Below are positions 8,549 through 19,100 of a stretch of 64,000 nt of DNA, piece after piece. Made by a program: the position numbers and the translations under genes. How positions within the stretch are numbered: position 1 is the first letter of the stretch; the number at the start of each line of letters is the position of its first letter. The notes under the pieces were generated by a model. The model worked only from the letters and a program-made list of their open reading frames with translations. It made no database searches and had not been told where the DNA came from. This stretch comes from an uncultured virus (IMG/VR IMGVR_UViG_3300010885_037795) (Duplodnaviria > Heunggongvirae > Uroviricota > Caudoviricetes), in the IMG/VR virus record IMGVR_UViG_3300010885_037795, positions 1-64,000 of that record. One strand, 5' to 3'.

Positions 8549-9523
8549 ATGGCGCTATTAGATGGACAGGGTAATCCTGTTCGATCCGGTGATGGATCAA
8601 TTGTACAAACAGGGTCGGACATACCAAATGACGGGCCTGCAGGACCACGTCCGCCACCTCCGAGCTGGGCTGACTTCAAAGAAAAAGCAGGTAGTCTACT
8701 TAAAAAAGGTGCTGACCTATTAGATCCTAGCAAAGCGCGAATGGCCATTGCTGGGTTGCTATCTGGTGGAGCAAACAGCGACGCCACCCGAGATCCGGCA
8801 GCAACAAAAGCAGGATTTGCGTCAGGTGGCGGCGGAACAAACCTAGGATTAGGTATATCAAACGGACAAGTTAGCTTGTCTGAAGACTGGAGAGTGGCCA
8901 TTAGTTTACCTTCTGGTGCAAGAACATTGTTTTGGCGTAACGGTGAAAACTCAATCATGAGTCCGTTGGTCACAACAGACGGCGTTATATTTCCATACAC
9001 GCCAAACATCACAGTAACACATAATGCTCGTTACGGCGAAACTAAACTCACACATAGTAATTATTCCGCATTCTTCTACGAGGGATCAGAAGTTCAAGCA
9101 ATTAGTATTTCTGGCGAATTCACTGTGCAAACAGAGTGGGAAGGACGTTACCTGTTGGCGGCCATTTACTTTTTTAGATCTGCTACAAAAATGTTCTTTG
9201 GTCGAGATATGAATCCAGTAGCAGGTACACCTCCACCAATGGTCACACTAGACGGGTACGGAGCACACTACTTTCCAGGAGTTAACTGTGTGATCACAAG
9301 TTTTGCACACACCATGCCGGCAGACGTAGACTATGTGGAAATTCCAACAGGACTAGAAGGACAAGAGCCAGGCAAAGCCAGCTATGTTACCAGCACAAGA
9401 TTGCCCACAGTGAGTACTATTGCTATTACCCTACAGCCAATCTATAGTAGGAATCAAGTTGCTGACTTTAGTCTTAATGATTTTTCTAGTGGTACCATGC
9501 TCAAGCGCGGAGGCTTTATCTAA
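8549..9523 (+). CDS. Baseplate tail-tube initiator/cap-like structural protein
   Basis: Tube-fold-like motifs (VIFPYTPNI, ISISGEF, PPPMVTL, CVITSF); position upstream of gp53-like, hub and gp5 genes. Confidence 0.55.
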   Translation: MALLDGQGNPVRSGDGSIVQTGSDIPNDGPAGPRPPPPSWADFKEKAGSLLKKGADLLDPSKARMAIAGLLSGGANSDATRDPAATKAGFASGGGGTNLGLGISNGQVSLSEDWRVAISLPSGARTLFWRNGENSIMSPLVTTDGVIFPYTPNITVTHNARYGETKLTHSNYSAFFYEGSEVQAISISGEFTVQTEWEGRYLLAAIYFFRSATKMFFGRDMNPVAGTPPPMVTLDGYGAHYFPGVNCVITSFAHTMPADVDYVEIPTGLEGQEPGKASYVTSTRLPTVSTIAITLQPIYSRNQVADFSLNDFSSGTMLKRGGFI

Positions 9524-9825
9524 TGTCAGCAAACTATAACAAAACCAGTCCATACTATGGAACAGATAAATTTGGACCTTTCTTGGACATAATGAAATTC
9601 CGAGCAATACCAAAACGTCCAGATGATGTGACTTACATAATTGACCGGGTGTACAAGTATCGGCCTGATTTATTGGCATATGACTTGTACAACGATACAT
9701 CACTGTGGTGGGTGTTTGCTGTGCGCAATCCCAATGTTCTTAAAGATCCAGTTTTTGATTTTGTGCCAGGCGCAACTATTAGAATTCCTAAAAAAGAAAC
9801 ACTAGCCGAAGCACTGGGGGTCTAA
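9523..9825 (+). CDS. Baseplate wedge LysM-like protein (gp53-like)
   Basis: RPDLLAYDLY..LWWVFA..N...G.TIRIP pattern. Confidence 0.75.
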   Translation: MSANYNKTSPYYGTDKFGPFLDIMKFRAIPKRPDDVTYIIDRVYKYRPDLLAYDLYNDTSLWWVFAVRNPNVLKDPVFDFVPGATIRIPKKETLAEALGV

Positions 9826-9828
9826 CAC

Positions 9829-12800
9829 ATGGCAGCGGTCAACAAAACAGACTCGGCAAATGGCGCCAGCATAATTTACGCCTACAACAGCGATACTGTC
9901 AAAACAGTTGAAGTTACCGGCCCTGATGGCACACTATTGGCCACGGCCAATACCAGCCTGTTGACCGCAGCCGACATTGTCAAAAAACTAAACGTTGAAC
10001 AAACAAATCAGTTGGGCTTGGCAAAAGAATTCCAGACAAGCGTAAATCAAATACAACAGCAACTACAAGCCACAGACCTTACTCCTCGACAAAAAACAAC
10101 ATTAGACTATCAGTTGAAACTTGCGCAGGGTGGAGCCGCCCGTGCTGACGCCAATGCCACTGCCGTTGCAGCCGCCATACAAAGTATACAAGCAAATTTT
10201 GATTCTAACTTTGCTGGACTAGAAAAACAACTCAAAGACAATCCGTCGGCTGAAGACACAGCCGCCAAAGAAGAAGCACAGTCCGACACAGCAGATGCTG
10301 ATGAAGACGTTGCTGAGGACGACGATAATACAGACCCTGAAGATTTGGATGATGACGAAACATCAAACATTGACGATGAAGAAGATGGTGGCCAAGACGG
10401 CAACGAATCAGACACAGACTGGGATAGCCCGGGCCAAGAAGATCCAGACAACGAAGCCAGTGATCTAAACTCAGACGAATCGTCTGCTGAAACTGCTCAA
10501 CTGCAAGCACAAAACGACGGTACCACTACTGGTGATACCACTGCTAAAAAATATCGATTGGTTGACAATCCCTTACACGATTTTGCAAGTTACACATATC
10601 AATTGGCTTTGCATGCATTGTCTGACTCAGACTACAATAGATTAGTGGACAATGATTCAGGGTGGGTACCAACATCAACCCTGATTGTTAGTGCTGGTCG
10701 CAGAGGCGGCGCAGGATCTGGTTTTGAGCGACAACCTTTATTTTACGAAGACTTTTATTTCAACGACTTTAAGATGACAACTATTGTGGGATTAAACAAT
10801 GGTAAAAAATCAACCAATGCAGTTGATATTGCTTTTTCACTATTTGAACCCACTGGACTCACGCTGATCAATCGATTGGTAGATGTTAGTGCAAGCGCAG
10901 GCATTGGCGCTAAAAACTATCTTGAAATGCCATACCTGTTGCAAATAGATTTTCATGGCTACACTGACATCGAAGGACAGACTGGAGAAGCAATACAGTT
11001 ACTCAACGAACGCAAGTACATTCCTATCAGGATAACTGAGATGAAAATCAAAGTTGGTGTGAATGGCGCAGAGTATGCATGCAAGGCTATTCCCTTTAAC
11101 CATCAAGCATTCAACGATACAGTGAGTGCTACTCCTGCAAACTTTGAGGTAAGTGCAAAAAACCTACAGCAATTTTTTGAAAACACAGTGGCAGACAATG
11201 TGGTAAAGCAAAAAGAACGTGAAGAGCAAGACAAAAAAGAACTAGAACGATTGCAAAGAGCGTCTGCTACTCCAGAACTCACTGCACGTGAATCAGAAGA
11301 CATTGACAAGAGCATTGCGGCAAAAAAAGAACAGTTGGCCAAAGACGGCACATACACTGTGACCAGTTATACTGCGGCATACAATGCATGGCAGAAGGCC
11401 GCAGCCGAACATCAGAAAGGTAAAAATCAACAGCAGGTTACCTACAACGAAGTGCGGGTGGTATTTGCAGATGAGATTTTAGCCAACGATGGCGGCACAA
11501 TGGTTATTTCAGAGGAGCAGTCACCAAAGAAAGTACCAATGGCCAATGCGTCAGACCCCAAGCAAGTGCAAGCCGCTAGACGTGCCAATGCTGGCGCAGG
11601 TAACTCTGGCCCGGACTTCCAACGAGGTACATTCAACATGTACATGGGCACCAGCGTGATGGAAGTGATCAACGTTGCCATGCGAAACAGCAAGTTCATT
11701 AGAGACCAAGTCAAAGATCCAACCCAGGAAGGCAATGACGCACAAAAAATAGCTGACAAGATGGACGAAAACAAACCACTTGTTTGGTGGAAGATTGTGC
11801 CACATATCAAGCTCAAAGATTTTGACCCTGACAAAAACAAGTACAGCAAAATTATCACCTACTATGTGAACACACACGAATACTATAATAGAAAACACCC
11901 ATATGGTCCACAGGGTTTGCCCAAAGGCTGGGTCAAGAAGTATAGTTACATGTACACCGGACAAAACAGAGATGTATTAGATTTCAACATTGACTTTGAC
12001 ACCCTGTACTACACTGCAATCAACATTGACCGTGGCAAGAGCACAGCCACACAAAGCACCAAGCAAGGTGGCAGTCAAGAAGATGAATTGAACAAGCAAG
12101 GAGATACCGTTACTCCAAAACCAAACAGTGCATCTCCGATCATGCGAGAAAACGTTGCAGAACTCCCTGCGGTAACTGGGTCTGGTGATGCCAAGCGCGA
12201 CAGCAAAACACAAGCAGTGGCCGGCCTTGCCAACGACATCTACAGCGGCAGTCGTGGCGACATGATCAACCTCAAGATCAAAATCATCGGCGATCCTACA
12301 TTTATCAAACAAGATGATATTTTTATTAATCCAGGGCAAGCACAGTACAATGCCAACATGAAAGACGATCCGGTTGTTACCAAGAACAACAGCATTCGCA
12401 CAGACACCGGAGAAATACATTGTCTAGTAGAATTTTACAGCCCCACAGACCTCGACGAAAAAACAGGGCTGTTGACCTACGAAGGGCGTTGGCGCAGAAG
12501 TTTGTTCAGCGGAATCTATCGTATACTTACTGTGGAAAGTACATTCAGCAAAGGTAAATTTGAACAGTCATTGGACATGATACGATTGTTTAATCAACCC
12601 GAGTACGATTACGAAATCAAGCGTGACGCAGACATGAGCAAAGAGCGACAGCCAGATCAGACCATAGATCAAGGTAACGAACAGAGTGACACTGAACCAT
12701 TGGCACTGCCTGAAACAGCAGACTATACCGAGTCCGATGGCGGCGGTAGCGATGCTGAAGAAGATTTTGACGATCCAAATCAAATTGAAGACGAAGAGCC

Positions 12801-13404
12801 CAATGACGAACCAGAGTTGTTAAATCCTGAGGATGAGGATGAGTACAATGAACTCAATACTGATCTTGAAGATGCAGACGAACAAGATATCGACGACTGG
12901 GACGAGGACAATGCAGATGATCCTGAAGATGAAGAAGCGGTGCTTGACGATGCTGATCAAGAAGAAGCCGGTGGTAGTGACGCAGTTGATGAAACCCTGG
13001 CACAGGCCGAGAACTCACTGGCAGAAGTCCAAGCAAACTTAGATGACACCGCTGAACTACAAGCGCAAGCAAACGCAATGGCAGCAGACCTAACCAGTAC
13101 AGACCCTGTTGTTCGTCAACGTGCAGCGCAGGCATTCTTAGACGGCCCTGCAAGTGCTCTTGCTACTGGAGCTGAAGGAATTGTTACGCTGACGGAAGAC
13201 TTAATCAGCACAATGAGAACCGCACAGTCTAGTGCAGAATTCCAAGAAAAAGCAACAGATGACGAAAAAGCCGAAGTTGAAGCGGCAATCACTCAAATGG
13301 AAGGTGATCTACCTAAACTTAGACAAGGCGCAACTGATGCAAGAGCCGCACTTGTTAAAGCCAAAGCTGAATTGATCGCCAACCCAATTAGCAATCAAGG
13401 ATAA
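9829..13404 (+). CDS. Baseplate hub protein (gp27-like position) with long acidic extensions
   Basis: Lies between gp53-like and gp5; NPL..FASYTY, IIGDP and GIYRILTVESTFSKGKFEQSL hub-like motifs; two Asp/Glu-rich tracts. Confidence 0.6.
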   Translation: MAAVNKTDSANGASIIYAYNSDTVKTVEVTGPDGTLLATANTSLLTAADIVKKLNVEQTNQLGLAKEFQTSVNQIQQQLQATDLTPRQKTTLDYQLKLAQGGAARADANATAVAAAIQSIQANFDSNFAGLEKQLKDNPSAEDTAAKEEAQSDTADADEDVAEDDDNTDPEDLDDDETSNIDDEEDGGQDGNESDTDWDSPGQEDPDNEASDLNSDESSAETAQLQAQNDGTTTGDTTAKKYRLVDNPLHDFASYTYQLALHALSDSDYNRLVDNDSGWVPTSTLIVSAGRRGGAGSGFERQPLFYEDFYFNDFKMTTIVGLNNGKKSTNAVDIAFSLFEPTGLTLINRLVDVSASAGIGAKNYLEMPYLLQIDFHGYTDIEGQTGEAIQLLNERKYIPIRITEMKIKVGVNGAEYACKAIPFNHQAFNDTVSATPANFEVSAKNLQQFFENTVADNVVKQKEREEQDKKELERLQRASATPELTARESEDIDKSIAAKKEQLAKDGTYTVTSYTAAYNAWQKAAAEHQKGKNQQQVTYNEVRVVFADEILANDGGTMVISEEQSPKKVPMANASDPKQVQAARRANAGAGNSGPDFQRGTFNMYMGTSVMEVINVAMRNSKFIRDQVKDPTQEGNDAQKIADKMDENKPLVWWKIVPHIKLKDFDPDKNKYSKIITYYVNTHEYYNRKHPYGPQGLPKGWVKKYSYMYTGQNRDVLDFNIDFDTLYYTAINIDRGKSTATQSTKQGGSQEDELNKQGDTVTPKPNSASPIMRENVAELPAVTGSGDAKRDSKTQAVAGLANDIYSGSRGDMINLKIKIIGDPTFIKQDDIFINPGQAQYNANMKDDPVVTKNNSIRTDTGEIHCLVEFYSPTDLDEKTGLLTYEGRWRRSLFSGIYRILTVESTFSKGKFEQSLDMIRLFNQPEYDYEIKRDADMSKERQPDQTIDQGNEQSDTEPLALPETADYTESDGGGSDAEEDFDDPNQIEDEEPNDEPELLNPEDEDEYNELNTDLEDADEQDIDDWDEDNADDPEDEEAVLDDADQEEAGGSDAVDETLAQAENSLAEVQANLDDTAELQAQANAMAADLTSTDPVVRQRAAQAFLDGPASALATGAEGIVTLTEDLISTMRTAQSSAEFQEKATDDEKAEVEAAITQMEGDLPKLRQGATDARAALVKAKAELIANPISNQG

Positions 13405-13407
13405 TGT

Positions 13408-15678
13408 ATGGCAATTGATAAAAGAACAGGCTCACGACCACCCAAGTGGACAGATCGCAACAACAGTCCCGGCATACGATTAGATTCGGGTCCTTACGAA
13501 GCTGTGGTCAAAAACAATCTTGATCCCACACGATCTGGTAGACTGCAGATATGGATACCTGACATGGGTGGTGATCAGAACAATCCCTTAAACTGGCGCA
13601 CAGTAAACTATGCCAGTCCTTACATGGGTGTGACCAATCAGCCTACTGGGGAGAAAAATGTAAACAATGCCTACGAGAACACTCGCAACACCTACGGGTT
13701 CTGGGCAGTGCCACCTGACATTGGTAACACAGTATTGTGTACATTCATTGCAGGCGATCCTGATCGTGGCTACTGGTTTGCTTGTGTGCTAAACAACCTT
13801 AGTCATGGCATGATTCCAGCCAATGGTGGCAGTCAGATATTTGACAAGAGCTTGATCAAAGACGAAGAGCTTAAAAAAGCAGTGACTGATCAATCAGTCA
13901 TGCCACTGAGTGAGTTCAATGAAAACGACAAGAAAAACATCAACAGCGATTTTTATTATACCAAGCGTCCAATACACGAGTTCCAGGCCAAAATTTTAGT
14001 TAATCAAGGACTAGATAGAGATCCTATTCGTGGCGCAATTGGTAGCTCTAGCATGCGAGATATTCCTAGTCAAGTTGTGGGTATCAGCACACCGGGCCGC
14101 CCTTTTGACAAAGATCCGGTCGACGATCCCAACTACGCAACCAAGATAAATGAAGGCAAGATCAAAGAAGAAGACTATGCAGTGCGTGTGCGCAAAGGTG
14201 GACACAGTATAGTCATGGACGATGGCGAGCCAAACGAAACTGGTGCAAATCAGCTCATGCGTTTCCGTACAGCCGCTGGTCACCAGATATTGATGAACGA
14301 CACCGACCGTGTGATTTACATTGCCAACAGTGATGGGTCTGCATACGTAGAACTAGCTGGATCGGGGCATGTTCACTTGTTTGCCGGCCGTGGACTCAAC
14401 ATTAGATCAGTGGGAGACATAAATCTGCACACTGACACGTCAATGAATATAAATGTGGGCAAAGATTTTAATCTTTCTGTTGCTGGTAAAATCAACATAG
14501 AAAGCAATGAGCTCAATCAAACCAGCGTAGGTGCTAGTACATTGTTTGGTGCAACTTATAATATTGGTAGCACAGGCGGCATCAATGTACAAAGCAGTGC
14601 TGGAACAAATATCACTGCCGGTGGCGACATACGTCAACAAGGTAGTAAAGTTTATCTCAACTCTGGCGCAGGGCAAGGTGTCACTGCGCCCAAAGCTATT
14701 CCCAAACTCACACATGATAACGTGGAGCCAGATTCAAGACTTGGTGGCCGCTATGAGATCAAAGCTGGCAAAATAACAAGTATTGTGGGCATTGCACCCA
14801 CACATGAACCTTGGGCACGTGGCGCAGGCACTCCACAGTCTGGTGGTGCTACTGCCACTCCTGCTGCCACCGCTGCTGCCACACAAGCCGCTGCCGCTGG
14901 TACTACCACTGGTAAACAAAGTGTTAACGATTTACCACCTCCGGTGGGCAATGTTACCGCAGCCGCAGAGTGCGTGACTAAAAACGTGGTAACAACCGGC
15001 TCAGGTGGCAAATTAACAGACGGTCAAGGCAAGCCAGTCACAACTGGCAGTGGTGGACTGGATCCTGGTCCAGCTGCCGCACAAGGCAAAGCTGTACAGA
15101 AGGCAGCACCGCGTAGTTATCTCACACGTACAGACAATCCAAGTCCCCCAGGCGGCGTTGGTCCATTGAGCCAGTATCAGGTAAAATGCATAATGACAGC
15201 CATGGGCTATACAGAAAGTAACTTTAACTATGCTATTAGCAACACCATTGGCTATGTGGGCAAGTATCAATTTGGCGCTGCCGCACTGGTAGAAACCAAG
15301 TTCCTTAAACGTGATTACTATACTAACCAAGCTGGTAATAAAAATGGCTGTTGTAAGGTACAGCAAGCATGGACAGGACGATCTGGTTGCAACTCGCTAG
15401 ACGACTGGTTCAAGAACCCAGGCGCTCAAGAACAAGCAATGTTTGAATTGATCACAATGAACTACAAGCAAATGGTCGGTGCCAAAGCAATCAAACCCGA
15501 TGATGACTTGTGTACCATTGCTGGAATGATCTGTGTGGCACAATTATTGGGTGGTGCAGGTGCTAGAAAATGGCGGTCAACTGCCGCAGGCGCAGATGCA
15601 TACGGCAGCACAGGTGAAAAGTATTTCAATATTGGACGCTATGCCATTGACGTTTTAGCTAATCCTAATGCCAAATAA
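13408..15678 (+). CDS. gp5: Baseplate central spike (gp5-like) with C-terminal lysozyme-like domain
   Basis: OB-fold motifs DPTRSGRLQIWIP and PPDIGNTVLCTF..GD; GHSIVMDD and GHQILMND; beta-helix repeats; C-terminal ES..NY...N..GYVGKYQFG. Confidence 0.85.
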   Translation: MAIDKRTGSRPPKWTDRNNSPGIRLDSGPYEAVVKNNLDPTRSGRLQIWIPDMGGDQNNPLNWRTVNYASPYMGVTNQPTGEKNVNNAYENTRNTYGFWAVPPDIGNTVLCTFIAGDPDRGYWFACVLNNLSHGMIPANGGSQIFDKSLIKDEELKKAVTDQSVMPLSEFNENDKKNINSDFYYTKRPIHEFQAKILVNQGLDRDPIRGAIGSSSMRDIPSQVVGISTPGRPFDKDPVDDPNYATKINEGKIKEEDYAVRVRKGGHSIVMDDGEPNETGANQLMRFRTAAGHQILMNDTDRVIYIANSDGSAYVELAGSGHVHLFAGRGLNIRSVGDINLHTDTSMNINVGKDFNLSVAGKINIESNELNQTSVGASTLFGATYNIGSTGGINVQSSAGTNITAGGDIRQQGSKVYLNSGAGQGVTAPKAIPKLTHDNVEPDSRLGGRYEIKAGKITSIVGIAPTHEPWARGAGTPQSGGATATPAATAAATQAAAAGTTTGKQSVNDLPPPVGNVTAAAECVTKNVVTTGSGGKLTDGQGKPVTTGSGGLDPGPAAAQGKAVQKAAPRSYLTRTDNPSPPGGVGPLSQYQVKCIMTAMGYTESNFNYAISNTIGYVGKYQFGAAALVETKFLKRDYYTNQAGNKNGCCKVQQAWTGRSGCNSLDDWFKNPGAQEQAMFELITMNYKQMVGAKAIKPDDDLCTIAGMICVAQLLGGAGARKWRSTAAGADAYGSTGEKYFNIGRYAIDVLANPNAK

Positions 15679-15681
15679 ATA
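15675..15681 (+). promoter_or_regulatory. T4-type late promoter motif (ATAAATA)
   Basis: Overlaps the gp5 stop; ends 5 nt before the gp25 ATG. Confidence 0.6.
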
Positions 15682-15686
15682 CTATT

Positions 15687-16073
15687 ATGGCTAAAAATAT
15701 ATATCGCGGATTCAGCACACACAATCGTCGAAACAACTTTCAAGTGAGCGACTATGACCTGGTACGCCAGGATCTATTCAATCACTTTAATATCCGTAAA
15801 GGTGAAAAACTCATGAACCCAAATTTTGGAACTATTATTTGGAACATGCTGTTTGACCCTCTTACCACAGAAACAAAGAAGATTATGATTGACGATGTAC
15901 GGCGTATTGTAAACTACGATCCTAGGATCGCAGTACAAAACGTGATATTGAACGAATTTGATCGCGGACTACAAATTGAAATAGAACTAACCTATCTTAC
16001 CACCAATCAGACTGACAGACTAAGTATGAATTTTGATAGAGATAGCATGAAACTGACCCGATCATCACAATAA
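15687..16073 (+). CDS. gp25: Baseplate wedge subunit (gp25-like)
   Basis: RKGEKLMNPNFG...LFDP...YDPRI motif; lies between gp5 and gp6. Confidence 0.92.
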   Translation: MAKNIYRGFSTHNRRNNFQVSDYDLVRQDLFNHFNIRKGEKLMNPNFGTIIWNMLFDPLTTETKKIMIDDVRRIVNYDPRIAVQNVILNEFDRGLQIEIELTYLTTNQTDRLSMNFDRDSMKLTRSSQ

Positions 16074-16094
16074 AATACCGTTATTATTGTGCCA

Positions 16095-16101
16095 ATAAAT
16101 A
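16095..16101 (+). promoter_or_regulatory. T4-type late promoter motif (ATAAATA)
   Basis: Intergenic, upstream of gp6. Confidence 0.65.
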
Positions 16102-16122
16102 CGATAACAGGGCAAAAAATAC

Positions 16123-19100
16123 ATGGCTATCACTACTCGGCAAACAGATTTACTAGTACAGCAGGACTGGAAAAAGATATATCAGACGTTTCAAAACGCT
16201 GACTTCACTGCTTACGACTTTGAAACCTTGCGCAAGTCAATGATTGACTACTTGCGTACATACTACCCTGAAGACTTTAACGACTTTATTGAAAGCAGTG
16301 AATACGTTGCCCTGATTGATTTGATTGCTTTCCTAGGACAAAGCCTGGCCTTTCGCGCAGACTTGAATGCACGTGAAAACTTCCTGGACACCGCAGAACG
16401 CCGAGACAGCATTCTCAAGCTAGCCCGCTTGATCAGCTACAACCCAAAGCGCAATATATCATCAGCTGGTGTGTTGAAGTTTGATGCAATCCAAACAACT
16501 GAAACTTTATTTGACAGTCAAGGACTAAACCTAAGTAACATTCCTGTTACCTGGAACGATCCGGGCAATGATAACTGGCAGGAACAGTTTTACACTGTGC
16601 TAAATGCAGCCTTTGTTGACAGCCAGGTGATTGGCAAACCAGGTGGCACTGGAACCATTGCTGGCGTAAAAACTGACGAGTATGCAATCAACATGCTGCC
16701 AAACATTGTGCCAACATTCAAATTTGAATCCACTGTGAACGGTAGTTTAACAAAGTTTGAATTGCTCAGTGCAACTACTGCGGGCAAAGAATACATCTAC
16801 GAAAAAGACCCCAAGCCTACTAGGATTTTCAACATTCTTTATCGTAACGACAATCTAGGCAACGATAGCATCAACACAGGTTTCTTCTTGTACTTCAAAC
16901 AAGGTGAACTTAAAACGCTGGACTTTACACTGACAGAACGCTTACCAAACCGCGTGGTGTCAGTCAATGTGGACAATATCAACAATACCGATGTTTGGTT
17001 GTATGGTTTGGACAGCAATGGTAACATCAATGAGCTGTGGGAGAAAGTTCCTGCTGTTAGTGGTACCAACGTGATTTATAATTCTAGTACCAACAAGAAC
17101 TTGTACCAAATCAATACTCGTGCAAACGATCAAATTGATCTAGTGTTTGGTGACGGCGCACTGGCCAATGTACCACAAGGCTCATATCGTGCATTTTATC
17201 GTGTGAGCAACGGAATTGGCTATCGCATTACTCCAGACGAAATGCAGAACATTGTTCTACCTATTGCCTATGTAAACCGTAATGGCCGCACAGAGCAATT
17301 GACTATTCGTTGCAGTTTGCAGTCCACGGTAACCAATGCACAAGCACGTGAAACACTAGATGAGATACGTACCAAAGCACCACAACAGTACTACACACAG
17401 AATCGTATGATCACCGGGGAGGACTATAACATCCTTCCTTACACACAATTTTCAAGTATACTCAAAGCCAAAGCCACCAACCGATCAAGTTCTGGTGTGA
17501 GTCGGTATCTTGACACGCTAGATATCACAGGCAAGTATTCTAGCACAAACATCTTTGCACAAGATGGATTGTTGTACCGCCAGGAAAGTGTAGATGCAGT
17601 GGCGTTTACTAATTCAGCGTCTGGTAATTTGCTGGCAGTGCTTAAAGATCAGATCAACAATAAACTGTTGAACGAAAATAACATTCCGTTCTCACACTTT
17701 TACTACGAAAAATTTGGACGCTTTACTACCACCGATCCAGTTATCAATGGATCTTTGTTCTATGCTGTATGGATACAAATGAGCCTGGCAACAGGACAAA
17801 GCAAAGGCTACCTCACACTAAAACAAACATACGAAGACACACTGGATGCGCAAGGCAATGTAATTAATTCATCAGTGTTACCATTGCCACCATTGAAACT
17901 AAGTTCAGCCGCATCTACTGCGCTACGATTTGTGACACCGGGCTCTATTATTGTATTTGCCGCAAGTAACGATGTAACCAATTTACCAAAATGTTTTGAT
18001 GTCGACAACAAGATCAAACTTGGTTTACCATCAGTTGCAGGAGACAAATTGTATTTGTATGCAACAGTCTTGAGTTTCCAAGGTGACGGCACAGCCGGTG
18101 GTATTCTACAACCTGGTGACGAAGGCCCTGTTGCTATTTCGGTATATGTGCCAAACGGTGCTGTGATTAAAGAAATTATTCCTAAGATTTATAACGAAGT
18201 CGATGACGATACCCTGCGTGATGCAGTGGCATTGATTAACAGTAAAAAGAATCTAGGCATAAGATATGACTCTGTTGCTAAGTTATGGAAAGTTGTTCAG
18301 CCGCAGAATTTGAAACTAACACAGACTGACAGTACTCTTATTGCAAACCCAGCTGCCAATTCTGAATACGATATAACCTACGCCGGCGACACTGCTGGTC
18401 TTGCTCAAGACAGCAGTTGGATTATTGCTTTTGTAAACAGCATCAATGGATACACCATTTACTATCGCCAATTGAACTATGTGTTTGAAAGCACAAGAGA
18501 AACTAAATTTTATTTTGATCCACGTATACGTGTGTATGACACTCGCACTGGAACAGTATTAGATGATCAAATCAAGATTCTCAAGATCAACAGCCAACCC
18601 AACAGCACTAGTGCATTCTTTGATGACCGCACATACTTCATTTACAAAATGATTGTTGACGCCGACGGATACGAAAACACTAGTAAGATTCTTCTAAAAT
18701 TTCCAGATGTGAATCGCGATGGCGTCCCAGATAATCCTGACATTTTCAGAGAAATTGTTGATCCGGCCACAAATACTGCCAACAAGTATGTGTACTTTGA
18801 AAAGACCACAGGACTGTACAATTTTGTAAAATTTGTACCAATTGATGGCACAACAATCAACACACAGTACCAGATCCAAGGCGATATTGAGCGTAATGCT
18901 AGCTTGTATCTAGATGGACAAATTTTTTATGCAACCACTGATGATGCATTTTATGTGTTGAGTGTCACTGTGTCCAATGGTGCAGTAAGTCGCCGAGCCG
19001 TACTAAGTCAAAACTATTTTAGATATCAAGGACGTCAACAGTTGTATTTCCAGTATCGACACAATGCCCCGAGCACTCGTCGTATTGATCCTGCACCCAA

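Noticed and set aside
8497..9012. 171-aa minus-strand ORF upstream of gp55
   Set aside because: Antisense to the 8549 structural gene and runs through the promoter region.
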